Assembly: GCA_029258825.1 (NCBI GenBank)
Contig: JAPDKA010000003.1
Location: 2,065 to 66,064 of the forward strand
Direction: 5' to 3'
DNA: 64,000 nucleotides
Source: an archaeon
GTDB lineage: Archaea > Nanobdellota > Nanobdellia > Pacearchaeales > JAPDKA01
The notes under the pieces are model-generated. The model saw only the letters and a list, made by a program, of their open reading frames with translations, did not search any database and was not told where the DNA came from. The position numbers and the translations under genes are program-made. This document shows, in pieces, positions 35,916 through 45,982 of this stretch (positions within the stretch are counted from its first letter, which is position 1; the number at the start of each line of letters is the position of its first letter).

Positions 35916-36614
35916 TTACTTCTTTGTTTTTTGTTTTGATTTTTCTATTTCTTTTTTTCTTTGTTCGATAAACTCTTTGACCTTCTCTGTTAAACCATCA
36001 AGCAAAGGCTTTGCTGCAACAAGTTCTATAGCTTCTTTAGCAACAATTTCATCATCTGCTGTTTTACCACTTATCCATATTAGGCCGTTCTGGCCAACAA
36101 TAATTTTTGTGTTTGTTGCTTGTTTAATAGCATTAACCATGCTTCCGCCACGGCCAATGATTCTTGCTACTCTGACCGGTGATACTCTAATGATTAACCC
36201 TGTTGTTAGTTTTTGCATGCCTTTACCTTTCATACTAAGCTCGATGCTTCTCAACTTAACAGAGTTAACTTTAGCCACAATTATATCATGCACATTAAGA
36301 TACTCTGCCAAATCGTCTTTATTAACAAACCTTCCACATTCTGTGATAGGAAGGAAACCAAGATGAGGAGCTAGCACGTCAATTAACCAACCGTTGAACG
36401 TTATGTCTACAACCTGGCCTATGACAGTATTACCAACTCTCGGTATATATGCGCCAGCAAGAGGAATGATTTTTGCTGTATTGTTTTCTATGTTGAGCAA
36501 TCCATGCTTTAATGCAACTATATCTTTTCCAACCCTTCTTGTGCCGTCTCCTGGCAATATATTATAGCCAGAAGCAACGACTTCACCAGGAACAACAATC
36601 TTCCGTTGTTGCAT
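35916..36614 (-). CDS. rrp4: exosome complex RNA-binding subunit Rrp4 (S1 + KH)
   Basis: VVPGEVVASGY at the N-terminus, an S1 domain, and KH motif ARIIGRGGSMVNAIKQ. Confidence 0.8.
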   Translation of the reverse strand: MQQRKIVVPGEVVASGYNILPGDGTRRVGKDIVALKHGLLNIENNTAKIIPLAGAYIPRVGNTVIGQVVDITFNGWLIDVLAPHLGFLPITECGRFVNKDDLAEYLNVHDIIVAKVNSVKLRSIELSMKGKGMQKLTTGLIIRVSPVRVARIIGRGGSMVNAIKQATNTKIIVGQNGLIWISGKTADDEIVAKEAIELVAAKPLLDGLTEKVKEFIEQRKKEIEKSKQKTKK

Positions 36615-36686
36615 TTGTAATAATGTTACTTGCTTTAATTTGGTTTTATTTTATTTGTTAAAAAATATATTTTTGATTTTTGCTTT

Positions 36687-37202
36687 TCAGCTACTCATCA
36701 TTTTCTGCCTTTTTAAATCTTTTGTTTTGTAATTATGAATTTCATTTTTAAGCATAGTTCTTATTTTTTCGATTTGCTCATTTGTTATAGTGTTAATCAG
36801 CTCTTTTATTTCCAAAATTAAATCTCTTAGTTGATCAAAGTTAATTGTAACTTTTTTATTTTTCAAATAATATTGATTATCAATTCTCAACTCTTTATCT
36901 CTTTCAAGCATTTTAGCAATCCCCTTCTTTATGATTCCCTGTCTCTCAAGAAACTTTAAAATTTCTATTGTGCAAATATGTATTTCCGATTTTATACCTA
37001 TACGCATTAGTAATGCATATAACGCAAAGTATTCGCAATAATATTTTGTAGTGGCTAACCACATATTAGATTTTTTCTCTATAGCCCTTAATACAAGTAA
37101 AGTTTCTTCTGCACTTCGTAGGTATTCTCTTGCAAGATTTTCGTTTGGTTCGATAAATTTCACCTCTTTTTTATTAAAACACCACTTTAACTTATCAACC
37201 AT
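36687..37202 (-). CDS. HEPN-domain protein (toxin-antitoxin partner of the adjacent MNT)
   Basis: PF05168-like pattern NLAREYLRSAEETLLVLRAIEK...KYYCEYFALYALLMRIG...SEIH. Overlaps the MNT gene by 16 nt. Confidence 0.55.
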   Translation of the reverse strand: MVDKLKWCFNKKEVKFIEPNENLAREYLRSAEETLLVLRAIEKKSNMWLATTKYYCEYFALYALLMRIGIKSEIHICTIEILKFLERQGIIKKGIAKMLERDKELRIDNQYYLKNKKVTINFDQLRDLILEIKELINTITNEQIEKIRTMLKNEIHNYKTKDLKRQKMMSS

Positions 37203-37735
37203 TTTATTAACTCCTCACTTCCTTGAACAATAAGATGTTTATTAATAATTTCTTTTTTTAAAGTTTCATTTACTTGTTTTAAATTTTCCACATGGATTAT
37301 ATGAAACTTCAAATTAAGCTTCTTCTCTAAAACCACTAATTCTGATTTTTTTAGTTTACCTACAACTAGCATATCTACATCTCTTGCTTTTTTCAAAGAG
37401 TGTGTAGCAGAACCAAAAATTAAGATCGGGTTATCAAATTTATGCAAGTAACTAACAATTTCCTTTAGCAATAATTCTTCTCGACATCTTTTAATCAACT
37501 TTTCTTTTTCAATTATTGTCAAATAATCTATAAGTAGAGGATTATGTTTTAATTTGTAAAATGTTTGTCTACCTTTTTTTTCTTTTGAAATTAAACCGAT
37601 TTTTTCAAATACAGCTAACTGCTTTCTTACAGTTGTATGGGGCGACTTAAGTTTTCTTGAGATCTCTGCTAAATGAACAGGTTCTGAATATAACAATGGT
37701 TCTAAAATTGACCAAATTGAAATTTTTTTAACCAT
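37187..37735 (-). CDS. wHTH-fused minimal nucleotidyltransferase (MNT) of a HEPN/MNT pair
   Basis: N-terminal wHTH (LAEISRKLKSPHTTVRKQLAVFEKIGLI) and nucleotidyltransferase motif ILIFGSATHSLKKARDVDMLVV (GS...DxD). Confidence 0.65.
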   Translation of the reverse strand: MVKKISIWSILEPLLYSEPVHLAEISRKLKSPHTTVRKQLAVFEKIGLISKEKKGRQTFYKLKHNPLLIDYLTIIEKEKLIKRCREELLLKEIVSYLHKFDNPILIFGSATHSLKKARDVDMLVVGKLKKSELVVLEKKLNLKFHIIHVENLKQVNETLKKEIINKHLIVQGSEELIKWLIS

Positions 37736-37833
37736 GTTGTTATTTTTGTAACGAATATTTAAAAATGTTTCGATTCAATTTTTAGAAATACAACAAATTA
37801 AGAGAAGCTTAGAAGCTTTATTTTTAATTATTT

Positions 37834-39015
37834 TTATTTACTCTTTTTTACAAATTTAGCTTTCGCAACACCCCAACGCACAAGCAAGTTTGAGAAAAGT
37901 ACAGGCACGACAAACTTAAACACTATGCTTGAAGCTACAATTATGCTATACAAATCTGATGCAACTAAACCATAATCATACAAAATTTTTATGATAATAA
38001 TACTTGTACTAAATCTAACAGACAAACTAATTCCAAGAAGTAATGATTGTCTTGGAGTTAATTCACGTCTTGCCACAATAAAGCTCGCTAAGAGCTTGGC
38101 ACCTTTCGATACAACAACAACAAGAATGATAAGCAAAGGAAAAGTAAGTAAGTAATGCATATCCAAACTTGCGCCAACCCATAAGAAAAATATTGGTGCA
38201 AAAAAACCGTAACAGATGGCTTTAACTTCATTCTTAATTAACTCTACACGTTGTTTCGGCATGAACGTCTTTAAGCTTATGCCGGCAAGTAAAGCAGCGA
38301 GAGGAGAAGCTTCAGCAAGATTACCGATTCCTAAAAACAAAAACAAAACAAACAAAGCAAATAGCAACAATGTTTCTATGCTAAAGAAAGCAAACTTTTT
38401 GCCGTACTTTTTGAATTTTGTAAACACAACAGTAAGCAAAAACAACATGAATAAGGAAAACAATATAGCGTGAATGCTGAATTGTGTTTTGAAACTAGAA
38501 CCAACCAAAAGCGAAACAAGAATCAATGTAAAAATTTCAAAAATATCATCAAGAGTACCGATACCAATAATAGACTGGCCAAGCTTTGTGTTTATTATGC
38601 CAAACTCATCCAAGATAGGAACAAGAATTGCCTCTCCAACTGTAGCAAAGGAAAGTGAAACAAGAAACGAGATAAACCAAGAATAGTGAAAAACAAAACG
38701 AATAAGCAAACCGCCGAACAATGCTTCAAATAAAATGATGAATAATGTCGCTTTAACAATAAACTTGCTGTGTGTTTTTAATTCTTTTAAGTCTATTTCA
38801 AAACCGATTATAAAAAGTAAGAAATACATGCCTAACTGTGCAAGCAAGATAAACGCTTGTGATGAAGTAATTTCAGAGAAAGGGTTATGAATGGCTAAAA
38901 AAGCTCCTATAAGCAATGCTGCAAAAATCCATGGCACGCGAATTTTTTCAATGGCTCTACCTAGCAAAAACGTCAGCAAAAACATTAATGCCAAAAACAA
39001 AAACAGGTTTACCAT
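37834..39015 (-). CDS. cation:proton antiporter (Na+/H+ exchanger, CPA family)
   Basis: About 12 TM helices, GTLDDIFEIF, and a Kef/NhaP-like architecture. Confidence 0.7.
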   Translation of the reverse strand: MVNLFLFLALMFLLTFLLGRAIEKIRVPWIFAALLIGAFLAIHNPFSEITSSQAFILLAQLGMYFLLFIIGFEIDLKELKTHSKFIVKATLFIILFEALFGGLLIRFVFHYSWFISFLVSLSFATVGEAILVPILDEFGIINTKLGQSIIGIGTLDDIFEIFTLILVSLLVGSSFKTQFSIHAILFSLFMLFLLTVVFTKFKKYGKKFAFFSIETLLLFALFVLFLFLGIGNLAEASPLAALLAGISLKTFMPKQRVELIKNEVKAICYGFFAPIFFLWVGASLDMHYLLTFPLLIILVVVVSKGAKLLASFIVARRELTPRQSLLLGISLSVRFSTSIIIIKILYDYGLVASDLYSIIVASSIVFKFVVPVLFSNLLVRWGVAKAKFVKKSK

Positions 39016-39244
39016 AAACAGAACATTATTTTTGTGTTTTTAAATTCAACGTTGCATTTTTTAGCTTATCGTCAATCTTTTTCAATTCTTTTGTTGCAAT
39101 GATTAACTGTGGTAGAATATCAAGATATAGGGTTGCAATAGGGCTATGGCTAGTTATTTTTCTAACAAAATTATAAACTCTAACAAAATTGTTGCTTTGC
39201 TTGTCGTTTTTTGTTTTGCTTTTTTTCATTTTGCTTGTAGAAGA

Positions 39245-39955
39245 TTATTCTCTAACACCAAGGTCTTTTGTTAATGCTGTTCCATTCGTTAATTTATTTA
39301 GTTTGTTGTAGAACTCTGCCTGTAATGCTGTAGGTATTGTTACAATGCAACGCAATGAGCCATCGTCAAGCCATTCTTCTTGTTGTTTGTTGTATCTAGC
39401 AAGAAAGCTGTATGCTTTTCCTGTGTATGCTGCAGGCACAATTACTTCAAGTTGCATAACCTCAAGCTTTAGTGGGAGTACTTTTTGCAATTCAGAAATT
39501 ACTCTGTTGATTTGCTCGTCAACACTCTTAAATTCATCGATTTTTATTCCCGCTTCTTTTATGGCTTTTTCAATTCTTTCTGGTGATGGTACCGTTCTCG
39601 TTACAGTATCTATTGCATTTCTTGCAAGAAAACTAATGATTTGCTTTAATTTTTCTTCTCTCAATTTTGCTCTGTATTCGGTTGGCAATTGTAATTCACC
39701 ATAAAGCAAGATTTGCTTTGCTATTTTATAAACATCGTCTGTACCAAACGCTTCCACAAGGTCTTGAGTGCTTGGCTTTAATCCTTTTTTATGATCAGTA
39801 AATATTGTTGCTATTGCCAACACATTGCTGAGTTCTAGTTTTAATTGTTCATCATCAAGCTTGTTGAGTTTTTGTTTTAGCTCTATGGCTTTGTCAAGAT
39901 CGACTAGAATTTCAAAATGCTTGCCAGCCTTCTTTATTCTGGCTATAGTCTCCAT
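39245..39955 (-). CDS. sdo1: SBDS/Sdo1 ribosome maturation protein
   Basis: ARIKKAGKHFEILVDLDKA, the FYSB N-domain, and position downstream of psmA. Confidence 0.7.
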   Translation of the reverse strand: METIARIKKAGKHFEILVDLDKAIELKQKLNKLDDEQLKLELSNVLAIATIFTDHKKGLKPSTQDLVEAFGTDDVYKIAKQILLYGELQLPTEYRAKLREEKLKQIISFLARNAIDTVTRTVPSPERIEKAIKEAGIKIDEFKSVDEQINRVISELQKVLPLKLEVMQLEVIVPAAYTGKAYSFLARYNKQQEEWLDDGSLRCIVTIPTALQAEFYNKLNKLTNGTALTKDLGVRE

Positions 39956-39974
39956 AGCAAAAGCCGGCGTTTAA

Positions 39975-40688
39975 TTATTTTACATATTTTTTAATTTGAT
40001 CCTTGCTTAAACGTGTTGCTTTTTCTCCATCTTTAACCATAACAACATCAAGACGATCGATGTTAAACTCATTGCCTAGAAGTTTTTTCATTATGCTAAT
40101 GCCTAACTTGATTGCGTCATCAATGCTCATGCCTTCCTTGTAGCTTTTTCTTAACATTTCTTTAGCTTTTTCATCTTTCTCACCGATTGCTGTTGCTTTA
40201 TACGCTACGTAGTTGCCAGTAACGTCTGTAACATAAAGTTTTTTTTGCTTGTTAGGGTTTACTCCTGCAAACATTACCTCAACGCCGAATGGTCTGGCAC
40301 CACCGTATTGTGTGAATGCTTGTTTAAGATTTGCTACATCTCTAACAACTGCTTCAACATCGATAGCATCATCATAAGTAACTCTGTGTTGCTGCGCTAA
40401 CAATTGTGCACGCTCGATAAGTATGCGTGCATCGCTTAGTATGCCTGCCGCACTTGCTATGATATGATCATCTATTTCGTGCACTTTATACATACTTCCA
40501 CCTTGAATTAAGCTATCTTTAATACGTTTATCTGCAACAATTACAACACCGTCTTTGCATACAAAACCAATAGAAGTCGCGCCGAGTCGCACTGTTTTTT
40601 CAGCATACTCAACTTGCAATAGCCGCCCTTCTGGGCTAAACATTGTAGCTGCTCTATCATAACCCATCAAACCTGCTTGGATGTCCAT
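39975..40688 (-). CDS. psmA: proteasome subunit alpha
   Basis: YDRAATMFSPEGRLLQVEYAEKTV at the N-terminus and GATSIGF. Confidence 0.9.
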   Translation of the reverse strand: MDIQAGLMGYDRAATMFSPEGRLLQVEYAEKTVRLGATSIGFVCKDGVVIVADKRIKDSLIQGGSMYKVHEIDDHIIASAAGILSDARILIERAQLLAQQHRVTYDDAIDVEAVVRDVANLKQAFTQYGGARPFGVEVMFAGVNPNKQKKLYVTDVTGNYVAYKATAIGEKDEKAKEMLRKSYKEGMSIDDAIKLGISIMKKLLGNEFNIDRLDVVMVKDGEKATRLSKDQIKKYVK

Positions 40689-40730
40689 ACTCCTACATAA
40701 TTGAGATAGTTTTTAAATGTATCGATAATT

Positions 40731-41072
40731 TTAATATTTGAACTTCCTTTCATAATTCTTATGATCAAGCCATTCCAAAATTATTAGAAGAATAATTACA
40801 TTACTGCCTTTTATAGTATAAATTAATCTCCAAGCATTGGGAAGGTTGTATTTCCATAGATTATCAAGTTTTCCAAATCTTTTGTGATATTCTTTGGGAA
40901 TTAATCTCTTCGGAATTTGAATACCACAAAAAGGATTTTCTTCTAAATCTCCAAAAGCTCTTTCTAACCACTCTCTTAATTTTTTGTCTTCAGTTTTTGA
41001 GTTTTTTAATTTTTCAAAGGCTTTTTTAACCCGCTCATCGGCAAATACAACTTTTGACTTCATTTCTTCCAA
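40731..41072 (-). CDS. RelE/ParE-family toxin-like protein
   Basis: LWKYNLPNAWRLIYTIKGSNVIILLIILEWLDHKNY fits the RelE/ParE core (hydrophobic-R-hydrophobic-hydrophobic-Y ... ighR/HK..Y). 113 aa. Confidence 0.5.
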   Translation of the reverse strand: MEEMKSKVVFADERVKKAFEKLKNSKTEDKKLREWLERAFGDLEENPFCGIQIPKRLIPKEYHKRFGKLDNLWKYNLPNAWRLIYTIKGSNVIILLIILEWLDHKNYERKFKY

Positions 41073-41329
41073 AATAGATGTTTTTTCTTTAGATATCTAG
41101 CTACAGCTTCTTCATCAAAAATCCATGCAACTTTTCCTTCCTTATCAATAGCTATCTTGCCTGACTTGAGCAAATAATCGAATATTACACAAAAAGTCTG
41201 GTACATAACTTTCCTTGGAAGTTTTTCCCAAATTTTATTTTTTGTAAATTCTCCAGAGTGCTTTCTAATAAATTCTTCTACCATAAGTACAGTATCCAAT
41301 CTTGGGTAATGTAGGATTTGTGTAGGCAT
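41060..41329 (-). CDS. putative cognate antitoxin (small protein overlapping the RelE-like gene by 13 nt)
   Basis: 89-aa ORF immediately upstream of and overlapping the toxin-like gene. No recognisable DNA-binding motif, so the assignment rests on context. Confidence 0.35.
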   Translation of the reverse strand: MPTQILHYPRLDTVLMVEEFIRKHSGEFTKNKIWEKLPRKVMYQTFCVIFDYLLKSGKIAIDKEGKVAWIFDEEAVARYLKKKHLFWKK

Positions 41330-41448
41330 TTTAATTTTTTATTTGTTTTTAGTTATATAAATTTATATATTATATAAACTTATATAATTTATGAAATTTA
41401 AGCTTTATAAACCTTTTGTTCAAATTACTAAAATTACTAATTTAAATA

Positions 41449-44034
41449 CTAATCTATTTGTTGCATTTCTTCAAGTTCATTCAAAAATCGGTTGATTGTC
41501 TTGATTAAATGCTCTGGCTGTGTTCTGATTACGCTGCATGCTTGTTTTAACAATATATCGTCAGTAGCATCAATTGCTTCAACGCTATTAAATTGTTTTT
41601 TGAGCAATTCTGTATCTTGCTCGCTTGGCTGCTTTTTTGCTTTTCTTAACTTTCTCAATTTTTTCCATTTTTTAAACAGCAAATCGATTGCATTCGGTAA
41701 TTGTTGTTTGGTTACTCCAAGCAAGGCGCTTGCTTGTTCAAGCAAGCTTGCTATAGCATTGCTCACTTGTTTTGCTTTTTCACCAGCAACAAACACAAGT
41801 CTATATGTATTGTCAGCAATCTTATCAATGCTAACAATCTTTATCATGCCTGCTTCGCTTGTATTGCTTAAATGTGTGCCGCCGCATGCTTCTATGTCAA
41901 GATTGTCTATTTTTACAATACGCAACTCCTCAACAGGTATAGCACCACCTTGGTAAATTCTAAATCCATATTGTTTTTCAGCAGTAGGCCTGGGCAGTAT
42001 TTCTGTAGTTACATCAATAGCATCGTTAATTACCTTATTTGCGATAGCTTCAATTTGCTGTCTTTGATCATCGCTTATCTGCTTGTAATGTGTTATGTCA
42101 AGGCTTGCCTTTTCATCGCTCACAGCACTACCTGTTTGCCATACATGATTGCCAAGAACTTGCCTGCATGCATAATTAATAATGTGAACAGATGTATGAT
42201 GTTTCATAATGCTCAAACGTCTATCAGCATCAATACTGCAGTTAACTTCATCATGCTGTGTTAAACCTTCAGTAGAATTAACAAAATGCACAATAACATT
42301 ATTATATTTCTTCACATCAATAACTTTTGCTGTAGTTTTCCCATTAGAAATGATGCCTGTATCTGCAATCTGCCCGCCAGATTCTGCATAAAATGCTGTT
42401 TTGTCAAGCACAACAGCATTCAGTTTATGGTTTATTGCCACTATGCTTGCTTTGAATTGCTTAATCATCGGTTTTTCATAAAACAATATTTGTGTTGGTT
42501 CAAGTTTGATATGCTTATTGATATGCTCTAACCATTCTTGCCATTCTTGTTTTGCCTGAATTTTTTTCTTTTTTATTGTTTCAAGAAGTTCGTAAAATTC
42601 TGTTGTGTTTAACTGTATGTTGTTTTTCAAAGCATATTCTCGCAGCAATTCTGGCTGGATGCCTTTACTTTGATAAAGTTCAAGAAGTTCATTGCCAGTT
42701 ATAACAGCACTATTTTCTGCTTTTTTCTTTTCGATAACTTTAACTATTAAATTGGCAAGCTTGTTGCGTGTTTCGTTAAATTTTTTCTGTTCTATTTCAA
42801 ATAGCTCTATAAAACGGTCAAGCGTGCCTTCATTAATTTGTTTGAATTTTGCTATTAACTTTAGTTCTAGCTCGACAAGCTTATGCAGATCAATTTCAAT
42901 GTTTAGAGCATGCATGAAGTTGAAGATACGCCTGAATAAAACACGTAAATTATAACCACCGCCAGTGTTGTTGGGCAATGCATAATCGTCTATAGCTAAA
43001 ATAAGACTGCGCAAGTGATCTGCAATGCTGTAAATAGCTTGTAACGGCAGAATATGCTGTTTATATTCACTAGTGCTTATTCCTATTTTTTTTAATGCGT
43101 CGCTAAAATTAACAGTATCTAGTTCAATGCTTGACAGCTTTTTGAGGAATGATGTATAAATTTGTGAATGCTCATCATAGTTGACAAGTTTTTTCAACAG
43201 CTTTAGCGTGTTTGCATAAACAACATCATACTGTGTTAATGTTCGTTGCATTAGCCAAGTAAATCTGCCAAGCCCAGCACCCATATCAATTACTTTTTGT
43301 TTCATAACTGTAAACTGTTCTGGAGTGCCCAGAAATTCTGTAAAGACGCAATTGCCCAGCTCTAAGCCACCAACAAAATATTCTAAGCTGTAACCAAAAG
43401 CACCAGCACCAAGCCAGGCGTCCTCCTTAAATGTTATATGCTCTGGCTTTATTTTGAACACCTCTGTAAGCATTCTGTAATCAAGTTCAACAGCATTTTC
43501 CTTCCAATAACCTTGTTTACCATCATACAAGCTGTGCTGTCCTATCATTACAAAGCTTGTTGCATGCCTGCCTGTTAAGCCTACTTTATCTATGTCATTA
43601 AAACGCAAGCAAAACTGAGGTATGATTAAAGGATTGGCAGGAAACTCAAACACAGTAGCATCGTTAGTTTTGCGCTGGAATGCAACAATACTAGCAAGAG
43701 TAAAGCTCAAACCTGGAAACCACCTGCACACAACAGGATAACTAAGCAAAGCAACATGCCCATTTTTAACAAAAAAGTTCTTGATTGCTTGCCAAGTTTC
43801 AACATAATCTAGTTTGGCATTAGCATAGCTCTTATCGAGAAAAGTATAGCCAACACAGCCAGCATCATTGCAGTAATCTTGCTCAACAACACTCCAAAAA
43901 TATCTGCCGCATTTCTTACATTTTTGCCTTTTGAAGCCATGCTCAATCAAGAAATCAATCTTCCAGTAGTCTTGCCATTTTTGCTGCAGCTGCTTCAACA
44001 GTTGCAATTTCTCTTGCATAGACAAGCAAAGCAC
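41449..44034 (-). CDS. alaS: alanyl-tRNA synthetase, archaeal type
   Basis: Archaeal N-terminus with CKKCGRYFW, the editing-domain HxxxH...C motif (HHTSVHIINYACRQVLGNHVWQTGSAV), and a C-terminal DHHA1-like region. 861 aa. Confidence 0.9.
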   Translation of the reverse strand: MLCLSMQEKLQLLKQLQQKWQDYWKIDFLIEHGFKRQKCKKCGRYFWSVVEQDYCNDAGCVGYTFLDKSYANAKLDYVETWQAIKNFFVKNGHVALLSYPVVCRWFPGLSFTLASIVAFQRKTNDATVFEFPANPLIIPQFCLRFNDIDKVGLTGRHATSFVMIGQHSLYDGKQGYWKENAVELDYRMLTEVFKIKPEHITFKEDAWLGAGAFGYSLEYFVGGLELGNCVFTEFLGTPEQFTVMKQKVIDMGAGLGRFTWLMQRTLTQYDVVYANTLKLLKKLVNYDEHSQIYTSFLKKLSSIELDTVNFSDALKKIGISTSEYKQHILPLQAIYSIADHLRSLILAIDDYALPNNTGGGYNLRVLFRRIFNFMHALNIEIDLHKLVELELKLIAKFKQINEGTLDRFIELFEIEQKKFNETRNKLANLIVKVIEKKKAENSAVITGNELLELYQSKGIQPELLREYALKNNIQLNTTEFYELLETIKKKKIQAKQEWQEWLEHINKHIKLEPTQILFYEKPMIKQFKASIVAINHKLNAVVLDKTAFYAESGGQIADTGIISNGKTTAKVIDVKKYNNVIVHFVNSTEGLTQHDEVNCSIDADRRLSIMKHHTSVHIINYACRQVLGNHVWQTGSAVSDEKASLDITHYKQISDDQRQQIEAIANKVINDAIDVTTEILPRPTAEKQYGFRIYQGGAIPVEELRIVKIDNLDIEACGGTHLSNTSEAGMIKIVSIDKIADNTYRLVFVAGEKAKQVSNAIASLLEQASALLGVTKQQLPNAIDLLFKKWKKLRKLRKAKKQPSEQDTELLKKQFNSVEAIDATDDILLKQACSVIRTQPEHLIKTINRFLNELEEMQQID

Positions 44035-44136
44035 GATGGTTTTATAAATTTAATCAAAAAATAATAGTCATTTCTTAATATATTCACTTAAAAGTAACGA
44101 AAGGTTTATAAATGAAAAAGAATTAGTAATATCATA

Positions 44137-44934
44137 ATGGGAAACACATACAAAAAGAGCCTGGAGAAAATTGTGGAAGAATTAAGAATAGTAGACCAAT
44201 ATATAAAAAAAGAAAAGCCAAATCTTATAGTAGTACCTTTAAGAGGAGCTGCACCATTTATAGACATACTCAATATAATTGATGACGAGTTCCCAAATGA
44301 AATAGTTGAGTACATCATAGCATCAAGTTGCGTAAAAAAAGTGAGGGAGATCATAAAAAAATCTTTATTTAGTCTAATAGTTGATAAATTATTTGATGGT
44401 GGAAAAATAGTTTTTATTGATGAAGTTGTAAGTGGTAATTCCTTGGTAAGGATATATAAGCAATTTCATGCAGCATTGAATGAATATGCTGAAAGAAAAA
44501 TAATTAGCATTTATGGAAAAGACGTTGATATGACTAGGGAAAATATTCAAAACTATAAAGAATCGCTTATTAAAAAATTTGAAGAAAGACATATAGGATT
44601 AGTAGAAAAAAAGAAGGTAAATAAAAACAAAGAATACCTAGAACTTGTTAATGAAGGGATTGTAATCCCTTTTTATGTTCAGCGTATTCCTACAAGGGAT
44701 CAACCAAAATACAGAATAATACATTATAGAGAAAAACCTTTGGAAGAAGATAGAATAAGATATCTTCCTGAAATTGAAAAGGTGGAAGCATCTCAAGAAT
44801 ATTTAGAATTACTAAAGGATGTCGCCATGATTATCGGTAAGGACCCTGAATCTGTAAAGATAAATAATATTGAGAAAATCTTGAACGCAAACGAATGGCC
44901 TAAACTCTATGATGAATTGAAAGAGAGCGTGTAA
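44137..44934 (+). CDS. hypothetical protein with phosphoribosyltransferase-like (PRTase type I) motifs
   Basis: LIVVPLRGAAPF and IVFIDEVVSGNSL resemble the PRPP-binding loop (hydrophobic4-D-D/E-x2-S/T-G). Confidence 0.35.
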   Translation: MGNTYKKSLEKIVEELRIVDQYIKKEKPNLIVVPLRGAAPFIDILNIIDDEFPNEIVEYIIASSCVKKVREIIKKSLFSLIVDKLFDGGKIVFIDEVVSGNSLVRIYKQFHAALNEYAERKIISIYGKDVDMTRENIQNYKESLIKKFEERHIGLVEKKKVNKNKEYLELVNEGIVIPFYVQRIPTRDQPKYRIIHYREKPLEEDRIRYLPEIEKVEASQEYLELLKDVAMIIGKDPESVKINNIEKILNANEWPKLYDELKESV

Positions 44935-44935
44935 A

Positions 44936-45505
44936 TTAACCACTCAATAAATTTTTACTTGATTGTAAGGTTGCTAATTGATTTAACAGGATAGAATAAG
45001 GAGTATCGGCGTCTGCTAAACCGACAAATTGTATTTCAGGCCTTGGTAATGTGCTTCCTGCTGTTTGAATATTAAGAGAAGCTAAACCAACCATTCTCTC
45101 TCCCAAACCTTGAGAGACAGCCACATCAGTTATCTTATATAAAGGAATACTCTTAATCTTTCGTGAAATAACACCTCCTTTAAAGATAACTCTTTGAGTA
45201 GTTATATAATATTCGTAAGTTTTTATTAAGGCTATATTGTATAGAAATATGATTAGTAGCAATATAACAAAACTAACTGGAACAATAATAGTCAAATTTT
45301 GGTGAACCACGAAGAACGCTATACCTATAAATAAAGTAATAAATAAAGCTGGAATTATGGAATCGAAAAACCATAAAACGAGAAGTTTGCCACTTGGACG
45401 ACCCTGATATAAAATCTTTTCATTCTTTTGTAGGGTAAATCGCATAATATCAAAAATTAGCTTAAGCTTTATAAAATTAACGTGATTCTGTAGCAATAAA
45501 TACAC
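44936..45505 (-). CDS. membrane protein with bacterial-type PH domain (YdbS/DUF304-like)
   Basis: Two TM helices followed by ...TTQRVIFKGG...IPLYKITDV.... The likely start is MRFTLQ (M21). Confidence 0.5.
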   Translation of the reverse strand: MYLLLQNHVNFIKLKLIFDIMRFTLQKNEKILYQGRPSGKLLVLWFFDSIIPALFITLFIGIAFFVVHQNLTIIVPVSFVILLLIIFLYNIALIKTYEYYITTQRVIFKGGVISRKIKSIPLYKITDVAVSQGLGERMVGLASLNIQTAGSTLPRPEIQFVGLADADTPYSILLNQLATLQSSKNLLSG

Positions 45506-45577
45506 ATTTTTATTATTTTTGTCTTTGCTTCAACTAGTGAAGAAAATTTTTATAAATTCATTCTGTTTTGAAAATAA

Positions 45578-45937
45578 ATGAAAAACAAATTAGCTTTAAG
45601 TTTGATCATTCTTGTTGTTCTTATTATAGCAATCATTAGCATATTTTACCATTACCAAAACAAACAACAAGCAAACGAGCAGGAAACAAATCTGGAATGG
45701 AAGCAGCTTCCTGATGGAAGGTGGAAGCTGATAGACAAAGCATGCGCTGAAAAAGACATTCCGCAGTACTTGTGCGTAACAAACTGCTTTGACCATTCCC
45801 ATACAGAAATATGGCAACTATGCAAGGATAAAGGCAAAATAATGACAACAAACACAGGCATAGAAGTGCTCTGCTTTTCCTCTGGCTGTCTCCCAAACAT
45901 AGTCAATGGTGAATGCCAAATAATGTGCGTGTCATAA
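45578..45937 (+). CDS. small secreted Cys-rich protein
   Basis: N-terminal TM/signal segment and 10 Cys in the C-terminal 70 aa. Confidence 0.45.
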   Translation: MKNKLALSLIILVVLIIAIISIFYHYQNKQQANEQETNLEWKQLPDGRWKLIDKACAEKDIPQYLCVTNCFDHSHTEIWQLCKDKGKIMTTNTGIEVLCFSSGCLPNIVNGECQIMCVS

Positions 45938-45982
45938 CAGAACAAGTATAGATTTTTAAAACAGAATTGAAATAAATTTTCA

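Noticed and set aside
39026-39229. 67-aa K/N-rich ORF between the antiporter and SBDS genes
   Set aside because: Low-complexity composition and no motif. It may simply be intergenic spacer read in an open AT-rich frame.
41330-41448. Highly repetitive tatataa / atttatata run between alaS and the antitoxin-like gene
   Set aside because: Iterated TATA-like words in an AT-rich spacer, consistent with promoter and terminator AT-tracts. No evidence for a discrete repeat element.
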